Assembly: GCA_964016885.1 (NCBI GenBank)
Contig: OZ024749.1
Span: forward strand, 35,278,001-35,342,000
Reading direction: 5' to 3'
DNA from: Eledone cirrhosa
Taxonomy: Eukaryota
DNA length: 64,000 bases
In this document: one piece after another, positions 25,148-40,056 of the stretch
Numbering within the stretch: position 1 is the first letter of the stretch
Layout of the letters: each line of letters begins with the position of its first letter
Program-made: the position numbers and the translations under genes
The notes under the pieces: model-generated
Databases searched by the model: none
What the model was told of the DNA's origin: nothing
What the model saw: the letters and a program-made list of their open reading frames with translations, nothing else

Positions 25148-25612
25148 TATAGCCAAAACTTTATTCTGATCTAAACCAACTGCAGTCTGGAAATCTACAA
25201 TATCATCTAAAGAAGCTATAGGAAACAAAATCAAGCCTCCTCTCCCCTCACCTCTTAACTCTCCTCATCTCTTCTCCACTTACATATAACAATAAAGGGT
25301 TAACATTATGTTGGCCCAGTTTCACCACATGAAAGACTTAAACATTCTAAATAAATACATAGATATGTACACAATACAATTTGTACAGTACAATAGCTGA
25401 GTAAAATCGAAACTAGATAAAAGATGAAATACTTTATCAACAACAACAAAAACAACACACAATACAATACACAGACACACACTATGACAAACTCACAAAT
25501 ACACTACAAAATTTACACTAACAGTAAACAATAAACCACAGTATTGTTTGTTCCAGGCTAGCCTTAGTCTAATTCCTCTATCACAAACTACAGAACAAAC
25601 AAAGCCTCCATG

Positions 25613-25648
<36 letters not shown>

Positions 25649-25989
25649 CACACACACATACATACATAAAGACACACATACACAAATACAATCTTACACA
25701 CACAGAGAATACTTAGAGAATAATTTAACAATAAAACCAATGACACGGCTACTTTGATAAATGAAGAACACAATTTCAAATCTCACAGACATTCTAATCA
25801 CATCTAATTCTCAAATGTTATAAATTTAAAACAGCCTTGACATGTTGAGTCACTGTGTGTAATTACTCAACCTGACAGAAATAGCAGTATATTTCACCAA
25901 ATATGGTAATTGAAGGGTTAAAGTAGATATTTATTTAAGAACTTTCTATCATAATTTTATGTACAAAACTTTGTTGTTTCAAATACCAA

Positions 25990-26186
25990 TAATTGTTTCT
26001 ACTATTGGCACAAGGCCAGCAATTATCCCAGTCCATTACTGGTACTTTATTTTATCGACCACGTAAGGATGAAGGGCAAAGTTAACCTCGGCGGGATTTG
26101 AACTCATTTGAATGGCAAGGGCCGTAACTCTATGCGTCAAAGCATGGCGTCCGACCCTCTACCGATACTGCCAATTCACCGCCCTT
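25990..26186 (-). mobile_element. SINE family 2, full length, with 16-bp TSD
   Basis: TTCAAATACCAATAAT at 25978-25993 and 26185-26200; inserted into a MITE-2 remnant. Confidence 0.92.
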
Positions 26187-26306
26187 CAAATACCAATAAT
26201 GAACTATATTACTAAATTTTTCAAAATTCTTGCAAATGATAGACAGGGTCTTTCATTAGAAACATGGCAATGAAAGTGTTAAAGAATAGGACAAAGGTAT
26301 AAAGAG

Positions 26307-26535
26307 TTAACCCTTTTGATACCAACCCGGCTGAAATCAGCTCTGATTCTATGAAACAAAATCACCAATATTAAACTGTTTCTATTTAAATTAAAATTTT
26401 CAAAAATAATTTTATACAAGAACCATATAGAACTACCTTAGTAATGAAATAATATTTTGAGTTCATCTGTCAAAATTCTTCATTAATTAATGAAAACAGA
26501 AGCCATTTCATTAGAAATACAGTAAAAATATATTA
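26307..26535. mobile_element. piggyBac-like MITE family 2
   Basis: TTAACCCTTTTGATACCAACCCGGCTGAAA terminus. Confidence 0.65.
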
Positions 26536-27024
26536 AAAAACAGGGAGACAATCTAAAGATTTAAAAGTCATGAAATAAGATAATATTTGAAGATGTTATA
26601 GTATCAACAAAGTAGTAAGTGTTTTTAGAAACTCTTTTGACCATTCTCTATTTCACTTTCCATTAATTCAATAAACAGAGAATGAAAGAAAACAATCTTT
26701 CTCAGCTAAAGACACTCCTTATGTTTTAAAGTTGGTGCCATCTTCTCAAGTGTAGTTCTGTAGAAAGTTCTTGTAAATGTTTATATAAGATAAGATGGAC
26801 ATATCAATAGATTCAGATTGAGGGTTGATCACAATCACTCAAACAGCTTTCAGAATTTCATCCTATTTCAATGTTAGAATACATAAACACATCATACCTG
26901 CTTGTCATAAACACATCATATTATATATCATATGTGATAAACATATGATATATAATATGATGTGATAAACATACAATAATATACTTTATGTGATAAACAT
27001 ATAATAATATACTTTATTTGAGAT

Positions 27025-27230
27025 GTGAAGGAACATGGCTTAGTGGTTAGAGTGTTAGGTTTACAATCGAGAGGTTGTGAGTTATATTCTCAAACCAGGT
27101 GATGCATTGTGTCTTTGAGCAAAACACTTTATTTCACGTAGCTTCAGTTTACACAGCAACAGAAATGAGTTGTGACGTCACTCGTACCAAGCTGTATTGG
27201 CCATTTCCTTTCTCTTGGAGAACATTAGTG
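27025..27230 (+). mobile_element. Diverged tRNA-derived SINE (family 1-like head)
   Basis: CATGGCTTAGTGGTTAGAGTG...TTTGAGCAAAACACTTTATTTCAC. Confidence 0.75.
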
Positions 27231-27677
27231 ACATGGATGTTTATGCTAGTGTGGTGGGCTACATATATTGTAGCTATTAGAAAAAGAAAAATGAATGCTT
27301 CACCTTCGAAAGAAGGATGACCCAAAAAGAGAGAAGAGGCTAGGCCCTGAGATGTTTATTATTCAATGGTTTCCAGATCCACCCCACTGTGTGACATCAT
27401 GGGCAAGTGTCTTTTTCTATAGCCTCAGGTTGATCAATATCTTGTGAGTGCAATTTGGTAGGCAGAAATTGCAGAAGCCCATCATATATACATGTGTATG
27501 TATGTGTCTATGTTTATGTTTGTGCCTGTGTCTGTGTTTCTGTTCTATAACTTAGCAATCCAATAAAAAAGCAGATTCATAGAATAAGTATTAGACTTGT
27601 ACAGGGGTCGATATAATGGATGTGTTCCAGCATGGCCATAGTCTAATAACTGAAACCAGTAAAATAATATATTTATA

Positions 27678-27930
27678 TAGTGATGAATGTTGTGAAAAGA
27701 AATGCAATGAGATGGCTTGATCAAGTGTTGAGGAAGGATGAAAACCACTGGGTGGGAGGATTGATGGAAATGAATGTGGAAGGAAATGAAGGAAGAGGAA
27801 GACCAAGAAGGACATGGCTAAAGATGAGAGAGAAGGAAATGAATGGCAAGAGGAATGATAAGGGGTGATGCAGACTATAGGGCAAACTGGGAAAGCTTGT
27901 CTTGGAGCCTGCAAGGCTTTGCCAAGGAAA
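27678..27930 (+). mobile_element. Decayed RTE 3' fragment
   Basis: VVKRNAMRWLDQVLRKDENHW...EGRGRPRRTW; same subfamily as 3870-4040. Confidence 0.8.
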
Positions 27931-27936
27931 ATTACC

Positions 27937-28149
27937 GTAACTTTTTAGCATTTAAACTGAATTTTCTCACCTCTTTCTGTTCAACCTGGCTGTATCTGGC
28001 TGCTCATAATCATGTTAAGGTATTGTTCTCAAAATAAATAATATCAAAATCTCATAGATTCAATATTATGTGAGATAATAATATGAAATAAAACCTTTAC
28101 TGCGAAAATACAATAGTAAATAGAGAGTAATGTAAATTCTAAAGGGTCA
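27937..28149. mobile_element. piggyBac-like MITE family 1
   Basis: Homologous to 2483-2677. Confidence 0.7.
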
Positions 28150-28727
28150 TCATCATATTTATACAAAGAAAAGAAAGACTAATTTGTGAAACAAAATAAA
28201 TAAAAAGAAGATTTAGAAGATTAAATTAAATGTTGATGATTCATGGTTACATTTAAAGATATGGTTTATAAGTGTGTTTCACTTGTAGAAATGTCTTTCA
28301 TGGAAGTCGTATTTGTTTTTTTACCGTTAAAATATATTTATTCAAAAGCAAAAAAACAAAACCTTTATTTAGTAAGAAAAAAAAAAGGGGGGGGGAGGGA
28401 CAAAAGGGAAGAAAGACTAGGGTTGAACTAAAAACATTAAAAACACAACTTTGGGAATAATTCAACCAAGTAATCTTTTGCTAATTTTTCCTCTATCAGT
28501 TTTTGTAGAGTTACCCAATCAGTTGTTTTCTGCTAGAAGTTGCCTACACGATGTTTAAATGTGAAATACAGATTTAATGGCTGGAAAAGTTTGCTTCTAT
28601 TGTAGATATGAATTTTTCTGTGATCTTCTCCTCCTGTTTCTTAATTCCACTAATATAGTTCTTATCTATTTCTCTATATTGATTTAGAAAGTAATGGCAA
28701 AAAAAAAAAAAATATATATATATATAT

Positions 28728-28771
<44 letters not shown>

Positions 28772-28773
<2 letters not shown>

Positions 28774-28962
28774 CAAAGGAATTGTTGTAAGGAACCAAAT
28801 GGACCATAACGCACTAGAGTACTCAATACTTAGGGTAGTAGATTGGGAAATAGGAAAAAGTATGACCCCGACAGCAGAGCTCAAGCCGTTTCGACGGCTA
28901 TTTCTGGACTCAGAAATAGCCGTCGAAACGGCTTGAGCTCTGCCGTCGGGGTCATACTTTTT

Positions 28963-28968
<6 letters not shown>
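28772..28968 (-). mobile_element. Short fold-back element carrying a hammerhead 3' half, inside (TA)n
   Basis: ~57-bp near-perfect inverted repeat centred at 28907-28910; CGAAAC-GGC-ttgagctct-GC(C/T)-GTC; GTATTGAGTAC box; homologue at 34531-34672. Confidence 0.75.
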
Positions 28969-29036
<68 letters not shown>

Positions 29037-29670
29037 ATCTATAAAACCTCAAAACACTTCACGCTCATGATATATCTAAATCAATAACGTTTGTATTAAT
29101 TTTATCTTATTTGACAAATAAATAACATAATACATTCAGAAACAAACCTTCGTCTAAAAGTAATCACATTATCAAAGACTCATACGCCTAAAATATAAAA
29201 TTTAAAATTTAAAATATAAATATGGTGGCCCTGATATTAGCATAAAATCACAAAACATGAATAACTTACACGGAAATGATAGTGTAGTTGCTAACATTTA
29301 CGATTATGTCAGATATAATGTGTGTAAAATAAAAATCATTCTTTGAATATATTCATTAATTTGATCGAACAAACATATATCAGCGTTCAGAATTATAAAT
29401 AACTATTCCCTGTTAGGTTCTAAATTCCATATCATATATTCTATATAATTTTTATCATTTTTAACATCATTTTAATATTATTTTAATAACATAATAACAT
29501 TTTGTTTTTAATGTTTTAAGATCAAACACAAAGTAAAATACATATGTTGGACCCTCGTTCCCCTAAAAAAAAACTAATTCATATATCAACCTGAATAATT
29601 ATAAATAAATTTAGGTTATAAATTTAGGTTATAAATTCCATGTATATCATTTTAATATTTCAATATCATT

Positions 29671-30004
29671 TTAGCCCTTTCGATACCAACCTGGCCAAAA
29701 CCTAACTCAATAAACAAATAACCTCATCTAGCTTTGAAGTTATGAACTGTTGGAAAAGAGTTCAACCATGTTAGGACAAGTTATCTTGCCCGTTGCACTG
29801 GAATGCATACATGTTAGGATGAATTATCTTGTCTACGGCACTGAAGAGGTTAAAATCTCCTACCATAATTTCTTATGAAAACAAATTGTTAAGTTTCTAT
29901 TTTAGTAATGAAATAATTAACAATTTTGTTGAAGCACTTAAAATTCTTGTTAAATTAATTGAAATAGAAATTCTTACAGTAGAGTTACTTTAACGAAAGG
30001 GTTG
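29671..30004. mobile_element. piggyBac-like MITE family 2 with an internal insertion
   Basis: TTAGCCCTTTCGATACCAACC ... AACGAAAGGGTTGA. Confidence 0.55.
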
Positions 30005-30339
30005 ACTTCAGTGATTCTAAAGAGGTCTGTGGCCTGAACATAGTTCAATATCCTACCTAAATCTCAAAACATACATACATATAGAAAGAAAGATACAATG
30101 TTGCGCTTGTTATAAATAGAATTATCTGGTGATTGCTTTGTAGCTTGTGAGAACTTGGCATCAAGGACCGAAAAACAAAACAAAAAACAAAACCAGCTGG
30201 AAGCTGGCTATCTGTTTGTGAATGAAGTTGTGACAGTAGTAGTAGTAGTAGTAGTATTAGAGGAGGTGGTAGTTGTAGTAATTATGTAGCAGTGCCATCA
30301 TTCTTATAACTCCATACATACATCATTATCATGTATGTC

Positions 30340-32700
<2,361 letters not shown>

Positions 32701-32896
32701 GTGTCTGTAATGAATCACCTCTTCACATAATAACACACCAACTGATGAATGACCAGAAACAACAGACATACAAACAAACAGTAATCAGTATTTTGACACC
32801 CAATCACTTGGTTGGGCTTGGCTTCCTTTGCGATCTAGACTGCTAAATATATATATAGTATATATATATATAAATATGCATAGATACACACACACA

Positions 32897-33790
32897 TATC
32901 ATCATCATCGTCATCATCATCATCGTTTACCGTCCATCTTCCACGCTTGCATGGGTTTGGACGGGAGTTTTCCCACTTGAGGCAAGATTGGTTGTCTTGC
33001 TCGTATAGGACTGTCTGGCGGGTTTTCTACAGCTGGATGCCCTTCCTAACACCAACCACATTTACAGTGTGGGGCTGGGAGGTTTTTACCCTGTTACCTA
33101 CACGGCCACATTACAGCGTGGACTGTCTGGCGGGTTTTCTACAGCTGGATGCCCTTCCTAACACCAACCACGTTTACAGTGTGGGGCTGGGAGGTTTTTA
33201 CCCTGTTACCTACACGGCCACATTACAGCGTGGACTGTCTGGCGGGTTTTCTACGGCTGGATGCCCTTCCTAACACCAACCACGTTTACAGTGTGGAACT
33301 GGGAGGTTTTTACCGTGTTACCTACACGGCCACATTACAGCGTGGACTGTGTGTTTTTTTTGTCGTGACACCTACACGACCTCATTTGTTTCGGGCTGGA
33401 TGTTGTGATACCAACGTAACTTTACATTGCAAGGGGTGGTGTGGATAGGGTGGGGGTAGTGGGACGGGGGTGTATTTTGTTAGAGGTGCCTACTGACTGT
33501 AGTAGGTTTCACTTTGTACTTAGGTAAGGCGGGTCTTCTCTATTACTGTGTAGCACCGAAGATCTCGGTCCAGTGACATTGTCTTAGAGAGGTGTAAGTG
33601 TGTGAGGTCGGAGTTTATCAGCTCGTCCCAGGTTTTTCTGGGTCTGCCTACTCCGTGGCTACCGTCTATTTTTATTGCCCTGCACTTTTTTATACAGCTG
33701 TCGTCTTTCATGCGCATCACGTGACCGTACCAACGTAGTCTTCTTTCGAGTAAACAACATCTGATCTCTCTTATTTCTAATTTTTCCCTT
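32897..33790 (-). mobile_element. RTE family B, 5'-truncated: ORF end plus long 3' UTR with three ~112-bp subrepeats
   Basis: REKLEIREIRCCLLERRLRWYGHVMRMKDDSCIKKCRAIKIDGSHGVGRPRKTW; (ATG)n tail. Confidence 0.93.
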
Positions 33791-34361
33791 ATATACACAT
33801 ATACATATATATAAATACATACATACATACACACACACACATATATATATATATACACATACATATATATATACACATACACACTCACACATATATATGC
33901 ACATACATATATATACACATACATACATCATATATACATACATACTTACATTGTATATAATATATATATATATATATGTATATATGTATATATATATATG
34001 TATATTTATTAAAATAACAGATTAAAATCTTCAAATTTATTATTATTACTATATATATGTATATATATATATATGTATATATGTAAATATATATAAATAT
34101 ATATGTATATATATATATGTATATATATATGTATATATATATGTATATATATATGCATATATATATATGTGTATATATATATATATATGTATATATAAGA
34201 TGTATGGTAGGTCGTATGTGAATCGTGATGATCACGTCTGACCTACCAAATATGTGACGGTAGCTAGATAAACTTGTTATAATGTCATAATTGTTCCTTT
34301 GTTCTTTTTCACTAATATGTATATATATATATATATATAGGTATATGTATATATATATATA

Positions 34362-34452
<91 letters not shown>

Positions 34453-34493
34453 GTACATATATATATACATGCACATATATGTATATGTATGTG

Positions 34494-34530
<37 letters not shown>
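33791..34530. repeat. Compound (TA)n microsatellite field
   Basis: TA/TG runs with short unique islands. Confidence 0.93.
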
Positions 34531-34535
<5 letters not shown>

Positions 34536-34669
34536 AACGAGTAGGACCCTGACGGCTTGAGCTCAGCCGTTGGGGGTCCTACTCATTCCTATTACCCACT
34601 CCACTACCCTAAGTATTGAGTACTTTGGTGCGTTATGGTCCACCTGTTTCCTTACCACATTTCCTTCCT

Positions 34670-34672
<3 letters not shown>
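34531..34672 (+). mobile_element. Short fold-back element (same subfamily as 28772-28968) inside (TA)n
   Basis: Hairpin ATAGGAACGAGTAGGACCC..ACGGC-ttgagctca-GCCGTT-GGGGGTCCTACTCATTCCTAT, then CTACCCTAAGTATTGAGTAC...GTGCGTTATGGTCCA. Confidence 0.75.
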
Positions 34673-34703
<31 letters not shown>

Positions 34704-34879
34704 CATGTGTGTCTGTGTGCATGTATATGTTTATAATTGCATCTGTTTCCTGTAACTAGTGACTGGAGAGAAAATAGATCTATAAAGTAAGTACCAGATG
34801 TGAAAAAATAATAAAAACTTGGGTTGGTATGACTGACTAAATTAATGCAGTGACCCAGCATATATAAAATAAATTAAAA

Positions 34880-35700
34880 GTTACAGCTCACACCTATGTA
34901 GGTTTAGCTGACCTATCAGATTGTATTTCACAAGCAGTTTCTTGGCTGTTTTAAAGAAAGGGCCCCCCTGTCTTGTGCTGTTGCTAGAGCTCAGTTTTAT
35001 GTAGGTTTGGCTGGCTACCTACCTGCAATCTCTCATACCAACTAAAAGAATCAAAACAGATTTGCAGGACACAACTGATGAACAAAGACGTGCTGCTGGC
35101 TGTGGACACCACTAACGTGGGCAGACTTCATAGAACCTACATGAAACACAGCTTATGTAAACCTGACAACTCTCCCCATCTGATGGGGAGATCTCCCGCC
35201 CAATTTGGGGTGGGTGAGAGATGTCTTCTCTTGTGAAAATGGGTATAGCTTTTCATTATGTAAAATCTCCCCATTTTTCCACATTTCTCCCTGTTTTGGG
35301 GCACCTTTTTTCATGGTATTTCTTGTTTAGGTTTATAAAGGTTGGCAGGTCTGGCTTATGTGAGCATGCTGAGTACAATCCTGAGGACCTGCCATGAGCA
35401 ATGGATAACAAAGTCACAAGGAGAAGGAGAGCCATGGCAATCCATGCAACCAGCATGCCAGGATGAAATAATGGCTAGCCTCCTCTGAAGCTGTATCTCA
35501 CAGGAGGTTTCTTAAGTGTTTTAAGGATAGGGGTCCCTGTCATGTCATGTTGTTGTAACAGCTCACACATATGTAGATTTAGGTGGCCTCCTATATGATT
35601 GCATCTCATAGAAGGTTTCTTGAGTTTTTTAATGATAGGGATCTCAATCTTAACATAAAAGTACATAATGTGTCAATTGATCCAGGAATTGCACCCCTGA
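34880..35700 (-). mobile_element. Old SINE-associated ~105-bp module repeats (discontinuous)
   Basis: ACAGCTCACAC.TATGTAGGTTTAGCTGACCT...ATAGGAGGTTTCTTGAG..TTTTAATGATAGGG units at ~34880, ~34990, ~35475 and ~35558; also 54310-54640, 58925-59020 and 59755-59842. Confidence 0.6.
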
Positions 35701-35711
35701 CCTGATGATGA

Positions 35712-36207
35712 TATAATAATAATGAAATTATTGTGTACAGTGCTCAGGTGCACTAAAACTTGTCAAAGGTGCATGTATAGTACATAGAATAATATACAAA
35801 TGTCAGGAAAGTGAATAGTGTATAAGTCATGATATACATGTGTGAAGGTGTATGGAGGGGGGAATATTAGGTGTAGTGTTGGCGAATCTCAGAAAACAAA
35901 GGATGCAGTGTCTCAACAGCTAATAACTGATGCAGGTAGTTTGTTCCATGCTTCAGCAACTCTGAGCGTGAAAAAAAATGGGAGCTGTGTTGTTATCTGA
36001 CTTTGTGGGCATGCCCATGTGTGTTAGACACATGGAAATCAAAAAGGTACTCAGGGTTGTTATTGGCAAGATGGTTAATAATTTTGTGGGTGTTTACCAA
36101 GTCAGTTGCCAGGCGTCGGAGCTTCAATGTATCCATGCCCAGGAAAGCAAGGCGTTGAGAGTATGGTAGATGGCTGATGGAGGGTATTCGCTTGGTTGCA
36201 CGTCTGA
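35712..36207 (-). mobile_element. CR1-clade LINE 3' fragment (ORF2 C-terminus plus 3' UTR, (ATT)n tail)
   Basis: RRATKRIPSISHLPYSQRLAFLGMDTLKLRRLATDLVNTHKII...THGHAHKV...FFTLRVAEAWNKLPASV with in-frame stops. Confidence 0.88.
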
Positions 36208-37352
36208 ACCACTTACCCTAACAACTCGGCCATGTGCCTCAACATGTCCAGTCAAATTAGTGAAACCAGTAAAATAATAATAGATAAAATACAACAGAAG
36301 AAATGTGGTATGTTAATGAATAGACAAGCTCATATTGGGAGACAGAGAGAGAGAAAGAGAGAGTGTGTGTGTGTGTGACACCAATAGAAAGTCTAAGAGT
36401 AGTAGTATGGCTACAGGGAATTATCTTTATATCTCCGACTGTCAGTGAACTTCAAAGCAGAAATATCCGACATCTTATTAATAATAATAAAAAATAATTA
36501 TTTAATTCCATAAATAACTGAGTATGGTGTCCCTTCAAATGGTGGGTGATACAGTTTAGTTGTGTTTAAAACATAACAACATTGTGATTTAGGCTATATA
36601 GACAAATACTAATGATGTTCTAAAACTGGAACGAGAATTAATAGAGAGAGTTTATTCTAATATTCTAATATATAAATGTGTGCATATATATATACATATA
36701 TATATACATATGCATTTTATCGATCCCCTCTTGTTGAACAGTTATGTTGTAGAGCATAAACATATCGTACACACACACACACAGAAATATATATATATAT
36801 ATATCTCAGTTCACAGGACAGCTTGAAATAGGAGTAAATGGTATTTTCATAATTCTATTGCATCTGTATTTCTTGGTAATTCTATTGTTTTTTAAAAATA
36901 TTTTGACTGGTTGAAATCTAAATCAGCTATAAATTCGAAATATACTTTATTTTGAATTTGCCGCGATAGCCCATTCCCTTAGTGAAGATGAAGTCTATCT
37001 TCCCCGCATGATGTCACAACTACCTTCACCATTACAGCAGTAATTTCTCGACATTTAAACTAGATAGACAGTGAGGTAGAATTTGGCCTGCACAAATGCA
37101 TGGTGCAGCCGTCATGAAATAAACTGCAAAAGCACTTGTCAAAGCAGTCTACACTTGCAGAAACTTCGAGGTATGTGACGTCAATGAGCAATCACCCCAT
37201 TACAAATAAACTTTTTGTTAGAATTCCAAGGCAACTTTGCATGCTTATACATTCAAACCATATCTCGTTGAGAGAGAAATGGGAGCAACCGATAATATAG
37301 TGAATATATTTCTTATAGCCTCATTAATATATATATATATATATATATAAAT

Positions 37353-37461
37353 ATATTCATTTTATTAAGGCTAAAAAGTGAAAAATCTGATGACCCTGTG
37401 ATAAACAGGCGAAACTCCAGAGTAGCAAGACTCACTTTTTCAGCCTTAATAAAATGAATAT
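37353..37461 (+). ncRNA. Hammerhead ribozyme core enclosed by a ~29-bp inverted repeat
   Basis: CTGATGA 37387-37393, stem II CCTG/CAGG, CGAAA, stem III ACTC-CA-GAGT, GTA triplet ending at 37424; inverted repeat 37353-37381 / 37432-37461. Confidence 0.65.
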
Positions 37462-37513
37462 TAAAACTCTATTTTCTTTCCTTTCTTTCAGCTGTCAATC
37501 ATATATGGATAGA

Positions 37514-37574
<61 letters not shown>

Positions 37575-37576
<2 letters not shown>

Positions 37577-37810
37577 GACCGATGGGTGAAGAAGTGCCAG
37601 GAATTGCCAGTTGAAGGAAGACGTGGTAGAGGTAGACCACGAAAAATATGGGCGGAGGTGGTGAGAACAGACCTCAGATCATTGAAGCTCACGGTGGAGA
37701 TTACGAGGGACCGTGACGAGTGGAGAGATGCTGTGCTGAATAAGACCCGTCCCACCCTTGCAAGCAGGGAAAAGCGGGCGTAAAATGATGATGATGATGA
37801 TGATGATGAT
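37575..37810 (+). mobile_element. RTE family A 3' fragment
   Basis: DRWVKKCQELPVEGRRGRGRPRKIWAEVVRTDLRSL; close to 48703-48930; (ATG)n tail. Confidence 0.93.
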
Positions 37811-38139
37811 ATATAAAACAGGCTTCTGCAGCTTATATCTGGCGAATTCCACTCACAACACTATAGTAGAAGACACTTGCTCAAGGTGCAATTATGTGGG
37901 ATAGAACCTGAAGCCACATGGTTGTGAAGTAAACTCCTTAACCACACTTTCATATAATATATGTGTGTGTGTATATATATGTATATATATATATATAAAC
38001 AACAGTTATCATCATCATCATCATCAGTCTGATGATACAGCTGTTTTATATCGAAGTAAATCACTAAATATGAGAGATGGCTATTGATTATTTACAAATC
38101 TATACACTCAATACTTTAGGAAATATTATCTCTCTATAT

Positions 38140-38570
<431 letters not shown>

Positions 38571-38829
38571 GATTTTGTTTTTTGTAATGTATATAGATGT
38601 TTTATATTTGTAAAACCCACCCATGTTGTGTGAGGACATGACAGAATTGATTGAGGGCGAGTTAATAGGTGTATAAATGTGTGTGTGTATGTAAAAGGTA
38701 ATGGAGGGGAGAGTTAATAAGTGTATGAAGGCCATTAGCGGTTTTATTATTGATTACATAACAAATGTGGTTAAGATGAAACTGGTCACCCTCCCCAATA
38801 TAATCCACAAATTTATATCAAGAATTATA

Positions 38830-38940
38830 GAACAGTTCTAGTCCTGTAGAAGCTCTTCTATATTAAAACTTTTATACTCTGCTATCTATTGAGAACCTTA
38901 CTTACTGTGGTTACCTCTGATTCAACCCGGAATAACTTAT
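38830..38940 (+). mobile_element. Remnant of the hammerhead-bearing element (14621-14737 subfamily)
   Basis: GAACAGTTCTAGTCCTGTAGAAG shared with the 14714-14737 minus strand; CTATTGAGAACC box; ends in TA. Confidence 0.65.
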
Positions 38941-38950
38941 ATATATATAT

Positions 38951-39657
38951 ATGCATGAAAGACGACAGCTGTATAACAAAGTGCAGGGCAATAAAGATAG
39001 ACGGTAGCCACGGAGTAGGCAGACCCAGAAAAACATGGGACGAACTGATAAATTCCGACCTCACACGCTTACACCTCTCCAAGACAATGTCACTGGACCG
39101 AGACCTTTGGCGGTACTCAGTAATAGAGAAGACCCGCCTTACCTAAATACAAAGTAAAAACCTACTACAGTCAGTAGGCATCTCTATCAAAACACCCCCC
39201 CGTCCCACCACCTCCACCCCATCCACACCGCCCCTTTCAATGTACAGTTATGTTGGTCCCACAACATCCAGGCCGAAACAAATGAGATCGTGTAGGTGTC
39301 ACGACAAAAAAAAACACACAGTCCACGCTGTAAATGTGGCCGTGTAGGCAACACGGTAAAAACCTCCCAGCCCCACACTGTAAATGTGGTTGGTGTTAGG
39401 AAGGGCATCCAGCTGTAGAAAACCCGCCAGACAGTCCACGCTGTAATGTGGCCGTGTAGGCAACACGGTAAAAACCTCCCAGCCCCACACTGTAAATGTG
39501 GTTGGTGTTAGGAAGGGCATCCAACTGTAGAAAACCCGCCAGACAGTCCTATGCGAGCAAGACAACCACTCTTGCCTCAAGTGGGAAAACCCCCGTCCAA
39601 ACCCATGCAAGCGTGGAACACGGACGCTAAACCTGATGATGATGATGATGATGATGA
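38951..39657 (+). mobile_element. RTE family B, 5'-truncated, with two 3' UTR subrepeats
   Basis: MKDDSCITKCRAIKIDGSHGVGRPRKTWDELINSDL; highly similar to the reverse complement of 32897-33715. Confidence 0.93.
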
Positions 39658-39660
39658 TAT

Positions 39661-40056
39661 GGAGGCACATGGCTTAGTGGTTAGAGCATTGGGCTTGCAA
39701 TCAAAAGGTTGTGAGTTCAATTCTCAGACTGGGTGATGTGTTGTTTCCTTGAGCAAGACACTTTATTTCACATTGTTCCAGTTTACTCAGCTGTAGAAAT
39801 GAGATGATAGGGACGGGGGTCCCTATCATTCCACTGCAAAGTGGTTGTGGAGGTGCCACGGTAAAAAAAAGCACCCGGCATTCACTGTAAATGAGGTTGG
39901 TGTTAGGAAGGGCATCCAGCTGTAGAAATCAAGCCAGAATCAGTTCCCGTATGAGCAAGACAAGGTCAGCCGACCGGACACTGCCCACAACAGAACAACC
40001 CGTCTAACCCATGCTAGCGTGGAAGAACGGACGGAAAATGGTGATGATGATGATGA
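39661..40056 (+). mobile_element. SINE family 1 variant with an alternative 3' tail
   Basis: Same head and body up to CAGTTCCCGT, then ATGAGCAAGACAAGGTCAGCCGACC...CCCATGCTAGCGTGGAAG..(ATG)n. Confidence 0.88.

Noticed and set aside
32742-32770. CTGATGA..GAAAC hammerhead-like spacing
   Set aside because: No stem I or stem II pairing, and GAC instead of an NTH cleavage triplet
35701-35735. CTGATGA...GAAA near the CR1 tail
   Set aside because: Made up of ATG/ATA microsatellite tail sequence with no stems
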